NCBI GenBank assembly: GCA_051439425.1
Contig: JBFRWD010000122.1
Span: 1 to 30,114 of the forward strand
Source: Synechococcus sp.
GTDB lineage: Bacteria; Cyanobacteriota; Cyanobacteriia; Thermostichales; PCC-7336
Length of the DNA stretch: 30,114 nucleotides
Reading direction: 5' to 3'
In this document: piece after piece, positions 17,649 through 27,427 of the stretch
Numbering within the stretch: position 1 is the first letter of the stretch
How the letters are laid out: every line of letters starts with the position of its first letter
Notes under the pieces: generated by a model
What the model saw: only the letters and a program-made list of their open reading frames with translations
The model's database searches: none
What the model was told of the DNA's origin: nothing
Made by a program: the position numbers and the translations under genes

Positions 17649-18743
17649 GTGTCGCGATTCTTATTTGTTGGATCTACGGCTGCGTACAGTGGGAAGTCCG
17701 CCATTATTTTGGGGCTTGCCAGTCACTTGCAACAGCAAGGTATAGCTGTCGCATATGGAAAACCTCTGGGGGCGTGCATGGGGGGAGACTGTTTGCCGGA
17801 TGGCTCCGACCCCGATGTGAAATTTATTGGGGATTGGCTGAGATTACCTCAGGAATGCAAGCTACCCACCATTGCTCGACTCGACTCAGAGACTGTGATG
17901 GAGGCAATTGACGAGACAACTCGCATTGACTATTCTGCGAAGCTGGCAGCGTATCAGCAACAGTGCAGTGCTCAAATCAAGATATTGGAAGGGCCTGGAG
18001 ATTTGCAGGAGGGGCAACTGTTTCAGCTTTCGCTGGCAGACATGGCTACTCGTTTAGATGCTTCCATCTTGTTACTCGTGCGTTACAACTCTGCTGTGGT
18101 AATCGATAACGTATTGGGTGCCCAAAAACTGCTGGGGGATCGACTGATTGGCGTTGTCTTTAATGACGTTTCCCCAGATGAGCGAACAACCGTTACCGAA
18201 CGTGTGGTGCCTTACCTCGAACATCACCACATCCCGGTTTTGGGTATCTTGCCGACCAACCGCATTTTGCGCAGCATTAGCGTTGACGATCTAGTGCATC
18301 AGCTAGGAGCTCAGGTTTTGTGTTGCGAGGATCGTTTGGATCTCTTGGTGGAAGAGATTGCCATCGGTGCCATGAACGTGAACTCAGCATTGAAGTATTT
18401 TCGCAAGTCGGAGCACAAAGCGGTGATCACGGGGGGCGATCGCACCGACATACAATTGGCAGCTCTGGAAACTTCCACTAATTGCCTGATTTTAACCGGT
18501 CAACTGCCGCCAACTGATTTGATTCGTCAGCGGGCTGAAGAACTAGAAATACCTATTTTGTCAGTGGATCTTGACACACTGACAACGGTGGAACGCATTG
18601 AGCGGGTCCTGGGCCAGGCCCGATTGCATGAGGAAGTTAAAGTTCGCTGTATTGAAGAGTTAATCGATCGCGAACTCGATTTCTCCCGTTTATTCGACCT
18701 GCTTGACATCCCCCATCCGCACGAGAAAGTCAAGTCTGCATAA
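17649..18743 (+). CDS. Phosphotransacetylase-N-terminal-like protein (BioD-like P-loop plus DRTGG domain)
   Basis: AYSGKS, YGKP, ILEG, IGAM and ITGGDRTDIQLAALE...LILTG motifs; no PTA catalytic domain. Confidence 0.9.
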   Translation: MSRFLFVGSTAAYSGKSAIILGLASHLQQQGIAVAYGKPLGACMGGDCLPDGSDPDVKFIGDWLRLPQECKLPTIARLDSETVMEAIDETTRIDYSAKLAAYQQQCSAQIKILEGPGDLQEGQLFQLSLADMATRLDASILLLVRYNSAVVIDNVLGAQKLLGDRLIGVVFNDVSPDERTTVTERVVPYLEHHHIPVLGILPTNRILRSISVDDLVHQLGAQVLCCEDRLDLLVEEIAIGAMNVNSALKYFRKSEHKAVITGGDRTDIQLAALETSTNCLILTGQLPPTDLIRQRAEELEIPILSVDLDTLTTVERIERVLGQARLHEEVKVRCIEELIDRELDFSRLFDLLDIPHPHEKVKSA

Positions 18744-18931
18744 TGACTTCTTGGGCACTACATATGGAGCTTGCCGGGAAATATACTTTTCAAAAAGCAC
18801 CATATGTATTGATTTTTGGCCTATTTCTGATTGTTAGAAAATGATAATTGCGATCGCATTTCTAACCAGGAAAAAATACTTATTTATGCAATTTCGCGGT
18901 TAGTAAGTGGCAAACATTCGGGATCGAGGGA

Positions 18932-18937
18932 TATACT
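18932..18937 (+). promoter_or_regulatory. Candidate -10 element (TATACT) for a short intergenic transcript
   Basis: TATACT with weak -35 TGGCAA at 18908-18913 (18-nt spacer), in AT-rich intergenic DNA. Confidence 0.45.
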
Positions 18938-18943
18938 AAGTTT

Positions 18944-18996
18944 ATTCATCACCTCAACACACCACTCCTCCCCCAGTCCTGTCTGGGGGTTTTTTT
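18944..18996 (+). ncRNA. Candidate ~55-nt sRNA with C/A-rich single-stranded region and anti-SD motif
   Basis: Bounded by a -10 box and a strong terminator; no ORF; body ATTCATCACCTCAACACACCACTCCTC has no G. Confidence 0.5.
18970..18996 (+). terminator. Rho-independent terminator
   Basis: CCCCCAG[TCCTGT]CTGGGGG followed by T7. Confidence 0.85.
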
Positions 18997-19423
18997 ATAG
19001 GTGTCTTAGTTATTGAAAAGATTGATCGCTAACCTTGATATTAAAAGGGATGATTTAGTGTTAGTAGATTTCTTAAAGTTCCTTTTGGAATGCAATCAAT
19101 TGTCTGGCAACCTTTCTGCCTTTGAATCGCCTCTTTGCTACAGTGCTCGGCAATCCGCTATTGAGAGTTTTCCCAGTACCTTTGCTCATGGATCGAGGCT
19201 GTGAGCTATCTCCGCACTCCAGAATTTACTGCGGATTGCTATACGTGCCTCAGCACATTGAGGGGCTGCTGGGGGGAGTTTGCGGCGAGGTCAATATGCT
19301 GGGGTCAATCAGATCGAAGCGATCGGCATTCGATGCCCGTTGTATTGCTGGTATGGCAAGAGACCTTGCACCCGATTCGGTCTGGAACTATGGTGTCTGG
19401 AGGTTAGGAGGGACGGTGACGGT

Positions 19424-19870
19424 ATGGTCGCGGACTGGCAGGTGTATACAGATGGTGGGTGCTCTCCCAATCCTGGGCCTGGCGGCTGGGGGTTTGTGGT
19501 TGTTGCGGGGGGCGAACCGGTTTACGAATGCTGCGGTGGTGAGTCAGCCACTACCAATAACCGCATGGAGCTGACTGCGATCATCCGCGCGATGGAATAT
19601 TGCCAAGACAACTCTGGAGATTGGAGCAGCGTTCAGCTCTACTCTGACTCTAACTTGTGCGTGCAAACCTACAATGCGTGGATGAACGGTTGGGAAAAAC
19701 GAGGCTGGAAACGTTCGAAGGGCCCCGTTCAGAACTTGGATTTGGTCAAGCAACTGGCCGCATTGAAGAAGCAATCTCCCGAATTTAAGCTGGCCTGGAT
19801 TAAGGCGCATGCCGGTCAAACCTGGAATGAATATGCAGATCGCTTAACTCACCAGGGACGACCTGCATGA
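19424..19870 (+). CDS. rnhA: Ribonuclease HI
   Basis: VYTDGGCSPNPGPGGWG, TTNNRMELTA, YSDS, QNLDL and WIKAHAG...NEYAD motifs; AGGAGG SD before ATG 19424. Confidence 0.96.
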   Translation: MVADWQVYTDGGCSPNPGPGGWGFVVVAGGEPVYECCGGESATTNNRMELTAIIRAMEYCQDNSGDWSSVQLYSDSNLCVQTYNAWMNGWEKRGWKRSKGPVQNLDLVKQLAALKKQSPEFKLAWIKAHAGQTWNEYADRLTHQGRPA

Positions 19871-19912
19871 ATACGAATGTCCACTCATAATCCGTAATCT
19901 ATTCATCCTCTC

Positions 19913-21490
19913 GTGCATTGTTTGGAGACAGTTGATAAGCCAGTTGTTCGTTCCACCTGGCAGCAATTAGGGTGGGTATTGGGGGCGATTGCCCTGACGT
20001 CTTTAGGTGCTCCCAACCGCTGGCTGCACTGGTATCCTGCCGCGCTCTTCGGCCTCTCCCCCCTGTTCTATTTATGTTGGAGTTGTGCCACTCTCCGGCC
20101 GCAGTGGCGGTATTGTGCGGCGATTTGCTTGGGCTTTTGTGCGCTTGTGTTTCTCCCCGACCCGCTGTCAGTGCCAGCATTGACGTGGGCTGAAACCGTT
20201 GCCGGAATGTTGGTTTCTCCACTGGTACCGCTGTACTTTGTGGCTGCAGCACTGCTCAGTTTGCACTTGAGTCGCCCCTGCCCGCTGTGGCTGCGTCCCT
20301 TGGCGCTCGCTACTGTGTGGACGGCATTTGATGGCGTGTTTGCACTGCTGCAACTTCCACTACCACTGCACTATGGAGCCTGCCTGTTTGATTTCACGCG
20401 TGCGATTCAGATTGCCGATGTTACTGGAATTTGGGGGGTCACGTTCCTCGTAATTTTTAGCAATGCGACTCTCGCAGCCTTGCTTGTGTTAGTTAGAGAC
20501 CGAACCTTTAGAAACGTTCCGACTAATGGGCTCGTGTTAATGCTACCGCTGGTCGTCTTGTGGGGGATGGCGTTGCTGTACGGAGGACATCAAGTATCTC
20601 TGTATCGGACTGCAGTTCTGCAGATGCCGACTACTGAGACGTTCGCTGTTGGGACTATTCAGCAGGTGGCGTGGCTGTCCGGCGATCTTAGCCGTCAGTA
20701 TCGGCGCGATCGCTATCAAGAAATGCAGACCCTCAGCCAGTCGGCTCTTTCTGATGGAGCGCACCTGTTGGTGTGGCCGGAGGGGGCTATGCGTATTCAA
20801 GTGGCGGGCTCTGTGGATGAGTCGCTTTTTGTGCAGCCCTTACTAGAACAGTTACCGCAGGGTGGGGGCTTGATTCTCGGCAGTAGCGAGCTGGCACCGG
20901 CCAACGCGACCGTGCCTTGGAACGAGCGGAAATACATCAATACGGCACTACTCTACGGATCGAACGGCACCATTCGCGATCGCTACGGCAAGCAATGGTT
21001 GTTTCAATATTTCGAGACCAGCCGCTTTGTTCCATCGACGGCTGGCTATGCGCCTCTCGATGCTGGCGATCGGTTGGGCGCTGTAGGGACGCAAATCTGC
21101 TTGGAGAGCGTCATACCTCACGCATCGCGGGAATTGGTGCGAGCTGGGGCCGAATCATTAATCGTTATTTCAGACGATAGTTGGTTTGGCCGCAGTAACT
21201 GGCCTATCCTGCACGGTGTGTTGTCAGTCTTCAGAGCGGTTGAAAACCGGCGTAGCTTTGTATTTGTCAACAACACGGGAGGCAATCTGATTGTGGCGCC
21301 CTCGGGGGATATTGCTGCGGCCGGTCAATTGTGGCAACACCGGCATCTCAATGGCCCCATCTATCGCCTGAACGAACGTACTGTTGCCAATCGGTGTGGA
21401 GATTGGCTAGTTTGGGGGTGCCTTGTTTGTTCGGCAGGACTGCTGGTGTGGGCATCGCTTCAGCGTCAGAAACGTACTCCGATCGCTTAA
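19913..21490 (+). CDS. lnt: Apolipoprotein N-acyltransferase (Lnt)-like protein
   Basis: Multi-TM N-terminus, IQIADVTGIWGVTFL, nitrilase triad VWPE / YGK / ICLE, DSWFG, RAVENRR and a C-terminal GDW+TM; start approximate. Confidence 0.85.
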   Translation: MHCLETVDKPVVRSTWQQLGWVLGAIALTSLGAPNRWLHWYPAALFGLSPLFYLCWSCATLRPQWRYCAAICLGFCALVFLPDPLSVPALTWAETVAGMLVSPLVPLYFVAAALLSLHLSRPCPLWLRPLALATVWTAFDGVFALLQLPLPLHYGACLFDFTRAIQIADVTGIWGVTFLVIFSNATLAALLVLVRDRTFRNVPTNGLVLMLPLVVLWGMALLYGGHQVSLYRTAVLQMPTTETFAVGTIQQVAWLSGDLSRQYRRDRYQEMQTLSQSALSDGAHLLVWPEGAMRIQVAGSVDESLFVQPLLEQLPQGGGLILGSSELAPANATVPWNERKYINTALLYGSNGTIRDRYGKQWLFQYFETSRFVPSTAGYAPLDAGDRLGAVGTQICLESVIPHASRELVRAGAESLIVISDDSWFGRSNWPILHGVLSVFRAVENRRSFVFVNNTGGNLIVAPSGDIAAAGQLWQHRHLNGPIYRLNERTVANRCGDWLVWGCLVCSAGLLVWASLQRQKRTPIA

Positions 21491-21523
21491 CTCCTCTGAG
21501 GTTTCACGCGACGCGGACCATCG

Positions 21524-22429
21524 CTATTCATTGAGCGTTTGGTTGTAGCTAGAGGCTAAGATCTGGGTCCCGCTGCCATCTTTCGTTAACACTTCCAGCA
21601 GCATGGAATGGGGATCGCCGCCATTCAGAATAGTGGCCGAGCCGACGCCCTGAGCTAATGCGCGAATGCAGCATTGCACCTTGGGGATCATGCCGCCTGC
21701 AACCACGCCATCCTCAATCAACTGACGAGCGGTCGGTATATCCATGGCGTCAATTAAGGTGTCGGGATTGTCTTTGTCCCGCAAAATTCCGGGAGTGTCT
21801 GTCAGCAAAATCAGCTTCTCTGCCCCCAGTGCTGCCGCGACCTCTCCGGCGACAGTATCGGCGTTGATGTTGTAGGCCTGTCCGTCATCATCGGCAGCTA
21901 CGCTAGAGATGACGGGGATGTGGCGATCGCCAATCAGTGTTTTCAATAATGTCGGATCGGTGCCGATGACCTCCCCCACAAATCCAATTTCTTCCCGGCC
22001 CTGCGATCGGGCTCGGATCAAATTGCCATCCCGACCGCAGAGCCCCACAGCGGAGCCTCCAGCCAGGTTAATCAGTTGAACGAGTTGTTTGTTAACGCGG
22101 CCAACCAGTACCATTTCCACTACTTCCATCGTGTCCGCATCTGTTACCCGCAGACCATCGACAAACTTGAATGGAATATCGAGTTTTTTCAACCATAGAT
22201 TGATCTCCGGCCCCCCACCGTGCACGATGACTGGACAAATGCCAACACAGGCTAGAAACACCACATCCCGCAGAATTTCGGCTCGGCGCTCCTCGTGTAC
22301 CATCGCTGCTCCGCCGTATTTGATGACGATGGTGCGACCCTGAAACTTTTGAATGTAGGGTAGAGCCTCGCTGAGAATTTGGGCGCGGCTAAGCGGATCG
22401 TAGGTGAGTGGGGAAACGCTGGCGGTCAT
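21524..22429 (-). CDS. argB: Acetylglutamate kinase
   Basis: [37 protein letters not shown] and GGMIPKV motifs; ATG 22429 chosen as start. Confidence 0.97.
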   Translation of the reverse strand: MTASVSPLTYDPLSRAQILSEALPYIQKFQGRTIVIKYGGAAMVHEERRAEILRDVVFLACVGICPVIVHGGGPEINLWLKKLDIPFKFVDGLRVTDADTMEVVEMVLVGRVNKQLVQLINLAGGSAVGLCGRDGNLIRARSQGREEIGFVGEVIGTDPTLLKTLIGDRHIPVISSVAADDDGQAYNINADTVAGEVAAALGAEKLILLTDTPGILRDKDNPDTLIDAMDIPTARQLIEDGVVAGGMIPKVQCCIRALAQGVGSATILNGGDPHSMLLEVLTKDGSGTQILASSYNQTLNE

Positions 22430-22513
22430 GAGAGAGAGGGGCGTGTAGTCCAGATGACTATACCTCATGGGAAGATTTAGGGGGCATGGGTATTAAGGAG
22501 GGGATCGTGCTCA

Positions 22514-22580
22514 CGACTAATGACCAGGGACCAAGGACGAACGGATTACTGGTTATTAGTCATGGGCTATCAGTCATTGG
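22514..22580. repeat. Degenerate heptamer (STRR2-like) repeat cluster
   Basis: CGACTAA TGACCAG GGACCAA GGACGAA, then TTAGTCA and TCAGTCA in the opposite orientation; same family as 11403-11493. Confidence 0.75.
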
Positions 22581-23580
22581 GGAGGGATTGCTTTGCTGGA
22601 ATGGATTCTACGAGTTGCTCTATGGGGGGGACGGGATAGACGGTATTGAAATGTTTGTAATTGATGACGCGACGACCATCATGGCGAGTTGAGAAAATGT
22701 CGCGAAATCTGTGGTTCCAAAATATTTCGCTGGGTAGGTAAGAATGGCGAGCATGGATGGTTTGGGAAAACGTTTCGTCTAAACCCGTCATGGTGGCAAT
22801 CGCTTCTCCGCCTAAACGCTCTAGATCTGTGCGGGATAATCCATACAAAGGGCTGGAGCGATCGATGGGATGCATCACCGTCCAGGTCAAACCAAAAATG
22901 GGTGTTTGCGATCGGAGTAAGCGAAGATTGTGGAACCGGACCATCTCCTGTCCTTCTGCGCTGATTTCCTTCAACAGCAGAGACAGCAAGACTTGGCCTT
23001 CTAAAATTTGGTTCCGCCGCAAGTTGCGAATGCGAAACATCAACGTGGGCATGCCGTTATATGTCGAGATGGTAGCGACATCCGAAAACAGTACCCGTGC
23101 TGTCGGACGAGAGACGCGAGCAAACACCATACCGGTAATGGTGGCTAAGCCCAGCAGTCCGGCTAAGGCTTCTACTGTGGCCACCATGTTTGTGTAGAAG
23201 GATATGGGATGCATGGCCCCATATCCCAATGAGGCCATCGTCTGGACGCTAAAGAAAAAGGCATCCCAAAATGAGTGAGGTGTAGCGTTTGCAATTCCGT
23301 CTGGGTCGACCAAGTAAAGGAGAGCGAAGATCCCATTTCCAACGATATAGAGCACAAACGTAGCAGCAAAAAAACCCGACCACGGGATGCTCATCAAGAG
23401 GTGATAGAGATCTCTCCAAGGGGGATGATCGTCCCCAATTCGAATGATGTTGGGTAACCCATTGCGTGCAATCACCCGATTCTCGAAGCAAGGGCCTTTA
23501 GGATTTTTCCAGCGCTTATCGTGGAAAAACAGGCGGTTAATGAGTCGCGAGCAGTAGTCAACAAACGGCTGCATTCGCAT
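22570..23580 (-). CDS. KirBac-type inward-rectifier potassium channel
   Basis: WRDLYHLL slide helix, AFFFSVQTMASLGYG pore, FARVSRP.ARVLFS, LMFR, WTVMHPIDRSSPLYG and ARHSY motifs. Confidence 0.93.
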   Translation of the reverse strand: MRMQPFVDYCSRLINRLFFHDKRWKNPKGPCFENRVIARNGLPNIIRIGDDHPPWRDLYHLLMSIPWSGFFAATFVLYIVGNGIFALLYLVDPDGIANATPHSFWDAFFFSVQTMASLGYGAMHPISFYTNMVATVEALAGLLGLATITGMVFARVSRPTARVLFSDVATISTYNGMPTLMFRIRNLRRNQILEGQVLLSLLLKEISAEGQEMVRFHNLRLLRSQTPIFGLTWTVMHPIDRSSPLYGLSRTDLERLGGEAIATMTGLDETFSQTIHARHSYLPSEIFWNHRFRDIFSTRHDGRRVINYKHFNTVYPVPPIEQLVESIPAKQSLPND

Positions 23581-23937
23581 GACGATACAACATCAATACA
23601 TGCATACAAGCTTCATGCTCGCACAAGCTGTCCTCGTTGGTGCCAACGGGGGTCATGCTGCAGAGACATCTGGGATAAGTGGCAATATCCTGCCAAGACC
23701 GGTTGTTCGAATGTATGTAGCAATTTGCTGTTGGGGCTGGAGTGGTAGAGGCATCCCAATGCGCTAGCTATGGCAAGCCGCTCTAAGGTTTGGAGTGTTG
23801 AGGTCTGTAGAATCCTTGATCGGCGAGGAAAAGTACTCAGGAAACTCTCCATAGCGGATTGCCAATCGCTATAGTCTTCGGGGAAAAATGTCGGGAAAAT
23901 CTACCAAAGCGAATTGCCGATCGGTATAGATTGGGGC

Positions 23938-24915
23938 TCAAAACTCAACTTCTACGTTGGCTAATTGCTGGCCTCGACCCACGGTCAAAATGGCTGACCT
24001 GGGGCGCGTATCCAGAAAATCAATCAGGGTATTGAGGTTGCGCAGGGGAGTGCCGTTCACTGCCAGAATGCGATCGCCCGGTTGAATACTGAGACGTTCG
24101 GCTAACGATCCCGGTTCAACTTTCTGCACAATCAAACTATTAGCATCTACCGATACACCCAATCGAGGACGGGAATTTGGCGGTGGGGCATTACGTCTAG
24201 GGGCATTTGAAGGTGCCTCAACTGAAGGAGGTGCGGCTGCAACCGGGCCATTACCGTTCCCCGCACTAGCGATGAAATCTTGGGCGACGGGTGCGCTAGT
24301 TGCAAACCCAATGCCTATGTTTCCCTGACCTCCAGGGCTCAAAATAGCCTTATTGACTCCGATCAGTTCTCCCAATGAATTGAGGAGAGGCCCGCCGGAA
24401 TTACCGGGGTTGATCGCTGCATCCGTTTGTAAGTCGCCGTTATTGCCGATACGACTGAGGATTCCCGTCGTGAGCGTGCCTTCCAGGCCGAAGGGATTTC
24501 CGATCGCGTAAACCCTTTGCCCAACCTGAATATTGCCCGGGGCTGCAAACGGAATGGTTGGAAACTGCTCATCCGCATTGACTTGAACCAATGCAAGATC
24601 GTTTGTGCGATCGAGCTGCAGCACTTGCCCACTGTACTGCCTGCCGCTGGCTGTGGTGATCTGCACTCGTTGGTTGCCTCGAACCACGTGCTCGTTGGTC
24701 AAAATGAGTCCGGATGGATCGATAAATGTCCCTGTGCCAGCTCCACCACGGTTTCCGATTGTCACAACTGCAGGCCGTGCTGCGTTATAGACGTCGATTG
24801 TGCTTTGTTCGTCACCTTGAAATTGAGCTTGGACTGGTACAGGTGAGAGGGCGAATATAGGGCCACACACTAACAGGGTGGAAATCAGCGAAGAGAGAAA
24901 GCGGCTGCGGGTCAC
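23938..24915 (-). CDS. HtrA/Deg-like trypsin serine protease with PDZ domain
   Basis: Signal peptide, TNEHVV (His), NDLAL (Asp), DAAINPGNSGGPL (Ser) and a C-terminal PDZ domain. Confidence 0.95.
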   Translation of the reverse strand: MTRSRFLSSLISTLLVCGPIFALSPVPVQAQFQGDEQSTIDVYNAARPAVVTIGNRGGAGTGTFIDPSGLILTNEHVVRGNQRVQITTASGRQYSGQVLQLDRTNDLALVQVNADEQFPTIPFAAPGNIQVGQRVYAIGNPFGLEGTLTTGILSRIGNNGDLQTDAAINPGNSGGPLLNSLGELIGVNKAILSPGGQGNIGIGFATSAPVAQDFIASAGNGNGPVAAAPPSVEAPSNAPRRNAPPPNSRPRLGVSVDANSLIVQKVEPGSLAERLSIQPGDRILAVNGTPLRNLNTLIDFLDTRPRSAILTVGRGQQLANVEVEF

Positions 24916-25438
24916 GATCGCAACTTTTACCTGGAGGAATGAGTTGTATCTTAGCTGGAGGCTACCTCCACCTAAAGGTTTGGCTGCTACGTAACGCTTG
25001 CTGTTTCGCGCAATTGCTTGCAGGGGACAACGTCAGTTGGAGCTACTTGAGCTGGGTACTTCTTTCACAGCACAACCTACTAAGGTTGGAGAGGAGTGCT
25101 ATCGAACTCAGGTTGAACAATGGCAGTTCGCAGGAACGTCTGCCATCTTCCGAGTCAGTCTTTGTGATTGGCTACAGTTCATTTCAGAGTGAGTGCGCAT
25201 GTCAGCACGTAATGGTTACGGGCTTTATGGGAGCCTAATAACTATCTCGGATTCTGAGTAGTTAAAGCTACCTCCCTTGCTCGGATTGAATGTAACGTTA
25301 TGCTACGGCCTCTGACAAGGTGACAAAAGTGATGAGACACAGCCTGTAGAGGGGTCTTCCTCTGTCTTAGGTTAGTGGGCGCAAGCTGTCTGCACTTGCC
25401 CAACCCTGAAAACCGACGATCCCAAGAGTAAGCGTGCG

Positions 25439-26314
25439 ATGATCGGAAAAACTGCGAGAAACATTTACCAGCGCCTGGAAGAGGCAGTGCTCTATTCAAA
25501 TCTCGACCCGTCGATGCTTGACGGTTTGACCCCCGAACAATACCGAGGAGACAATCGGGATTATCAGAAGTTTATCGTTGTCTCTCATCATCGCTCTGCC
25601 TCGTCAGTTATTATCAACACCCTGCAACGGCATCCCAATGTATTTCGGTTTGCCGAGGTTTTTTTACCGAAGCACGTGCAGTTTCTGAAGCCGGGTTACG
25701 ACGATGATTCCCGGTTGATGTACTACTTGCGAAAGCAGTACCCTGTGGAGTTCTTAGAGCGGCTCATCTTTACCGGATACCAAGACAACGTCAAAGCAAT
25801 GGGATTTAAGCTATTTCCCGAGCAGTTGGATTTCCCTCATATGGCTCCTGTGTGGGATTGGCTTGAAGCCCGGCCAGACATCAAAATCATTTTCCTAACC
25901 CGTGAAGATTTACTGGCATACTACACTTCGCTAGTTCTCGCTATTAAGACCGGTACATGGGGTGTGGCGGGTAGAAAGCAGCAGGCTAAAGCGGAGAAAG
26001 AGCTCAAGAAGAATCGCACGGTACGGCTAGATTATGACGAATGCCTTGCTGTGTTTGAAAGGCGCAAACAGCTCAATGATTATGCGCTGAGTCGCTGTAA
26101 GAACCACGATATCCTCAAGGTCAGCTACGAGGATGTGACCAGCGATCTCAACAATAGCTTGAAGCTCTCACAAGAATTCCTTGGCTTGTCTCCACAAAAA
26201 TTGAAAGTGCGGAGCTCCCGTCAGCAAGTGCGCCCGATATCGGATGTAATTTCGAATTATCAGGAACTAAAAGAGCAGTTTTCCAGCACGGAATGGTCGT
26301 ATTTATTCGCCTAA
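25439..26314 (+). CDS. Sulfotransferase-family (Stf0-like) protein
   Basis: FIVVSHHRSASS...L.RHP....E, GFKLF, KIIFLTREDLL...S, VSYED and ISNYQEL motifs. Confidence 0.8.
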   Translation: MIGKTARNIYQRLEEAVLYSNLDPSMLDGLTPEQYRGDNRDYQKFIVVSHHRSASSVIINTLQRHPNVFRFAEVFLPKHVQFLKPGYDDDSRLMYYLRKQYPVEFLERLIFTGYQDNVKAMGFKLFPEQLDFPHMAPVWDWLEARPDIKIIFLTREDLLAYYTSLVLAIKTGTWGVAGRKQQAKAEKELKKNRTVRLDYDECLAVFERRKQLNDYALSRCKNHDILKVSYEDVTSDLNNSLKLSQEFLGLSPQKLKVRSSRQQVRPISDVISNYQELKEQFSSTEWSYLFA

Positions 26315-26451
26315 TGATTGGAGTCCACCTTCAGTCTTGTGATGGAGTCAACACTATCTGTGCAATCCAAGGGGTTGCAACCGGGGCCATGTGGGCATCT
26401 TTTTGGGTCGCTCGCGAGCCTACTTGGCCAAAATTGAGTGACCCATACTCT

Positions 26452-27078
26452 TTATCGCCACCCGAGACGAATGGCAAAGGCGCCGATCAAGACGGCGATC
26501 GCCGTTGCACTAAAGGCTTCTGGAAAGGTGCGCGTCAAAAATACTAAACCCGCCCCAATTAAAAAGCTACCCACAAGTACAATCCCTCGCTGGACTAAGG
26601 GAGGGGTGCGCTCAATCGATCGCTTGCAGATTCCAAATGCTAATGCCAGACCAATGGCCACAATTGCGGCGATTAGATAGTCGGTTGCAAGGTTAAATAG
26701 ATACACCACCAGTCCCAACACCCCCAGAATCAGGAGTACCAAACGGAAGAATAAATATTCCTGGCGACGCATGTCTTCTGGAATATCTACACTGGCTTCA
26801 ACACCTTGATAGGCAAACGAAGCAAGTTGTAGGGGCTCGGCGCTCTCTTCGCGGATGGGTAGAGCATATAGATTTACTTTCTGAATATCTGGAGCAAAAA
26901 CCGCATCTAAACCGGAGCTGACAATTGACTGAACGTTGGATCCATCCGGGATTGCACCGGGCATATGGCGCAGCACAATAGACAGAATGGGGCCACGTTC
27001 CTGTATGTCTACCAAGCAACTGTAGGGTTGCAGTTGATGTTCCAGGATGCTCTTCAGTTGCTTGAGTTGTCGCCTCAT
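26452..27078 (-). CDS. Hypothetical membrane protein (soluble N-domain plus ~4 TM helices)
   Basis: 208-aa ORF with GAGG SD and a hydrophobic C-terminal half. Confidence 0.75.
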   Translation of the reverse strand: MRRQLKQLKSILEHQLQPYSCLVDIQERGPILSIVLRHMPGAIPDGSNVQSIVSSGLDAVFAPDIQKVNLYALPIREESAEPLQLASFAYQGVEASVDIPEDMRRQEYLFFRLVLLILGVLGLVVYLFNLATDYLIAAIVAIGLALAFGICKRSIERTPPLVQRGIVLVGSFLIGAGLVFLTRTFPEAFSATAIAVLIGAFAIRLGWR

Positions 27079-27427
27079 GACCTCAATTGCTCCGTAACCC
27101 GTCTTCCATTCAATTTGTTAGCAGTCGGTGTGCATAGATTGATAATGAGTACCCGAACCTTGGCCTAGTGTAGCGAATCAATCAAGCCTCCACAGAATGC
27201 CGTTTTATTGGCACTGGTTCGTGTGACTTGAATCGAGGGGAATCAATTTGTAAGTTTTACAATTCCAATCAACTCTCGCTCCACAATGATTGTGATGACA
27301 TGCTGAAACGCGCAGGAAGGTTGGTTCTCGGTCATTCTATTCTTCGAAAGGCCGACAGGGCTTGGCAAGGGCACCACCATCACTAACACCTCAGCACGAA
27401 ATCAATGCTTGTCTGATTGCAAAGTAC

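Noticed and set aside
19013..19574. ORFs 19013..19204, 19122..19574, 19201..19407 and the N-terminal extension of rnhA
   Set aside because: Non-ATG starts, no motifs and mutual overlaps; the AGGAGG SD supports rnhA starting at 19424.
24939..25499. Small ORFs or ncRNA between the protease and the sulfotransferase
   Set aside because: No convincing coding signal, terminator or known RNA motif; treated as a divergent promoter region.
27248..27262. NtcA site (TTGTAAGTTTTACAA)
   Set aside because: GTA-N5-TAC spacing rather than GTA-N8-TAC; a short palindrome of unknown meaning.
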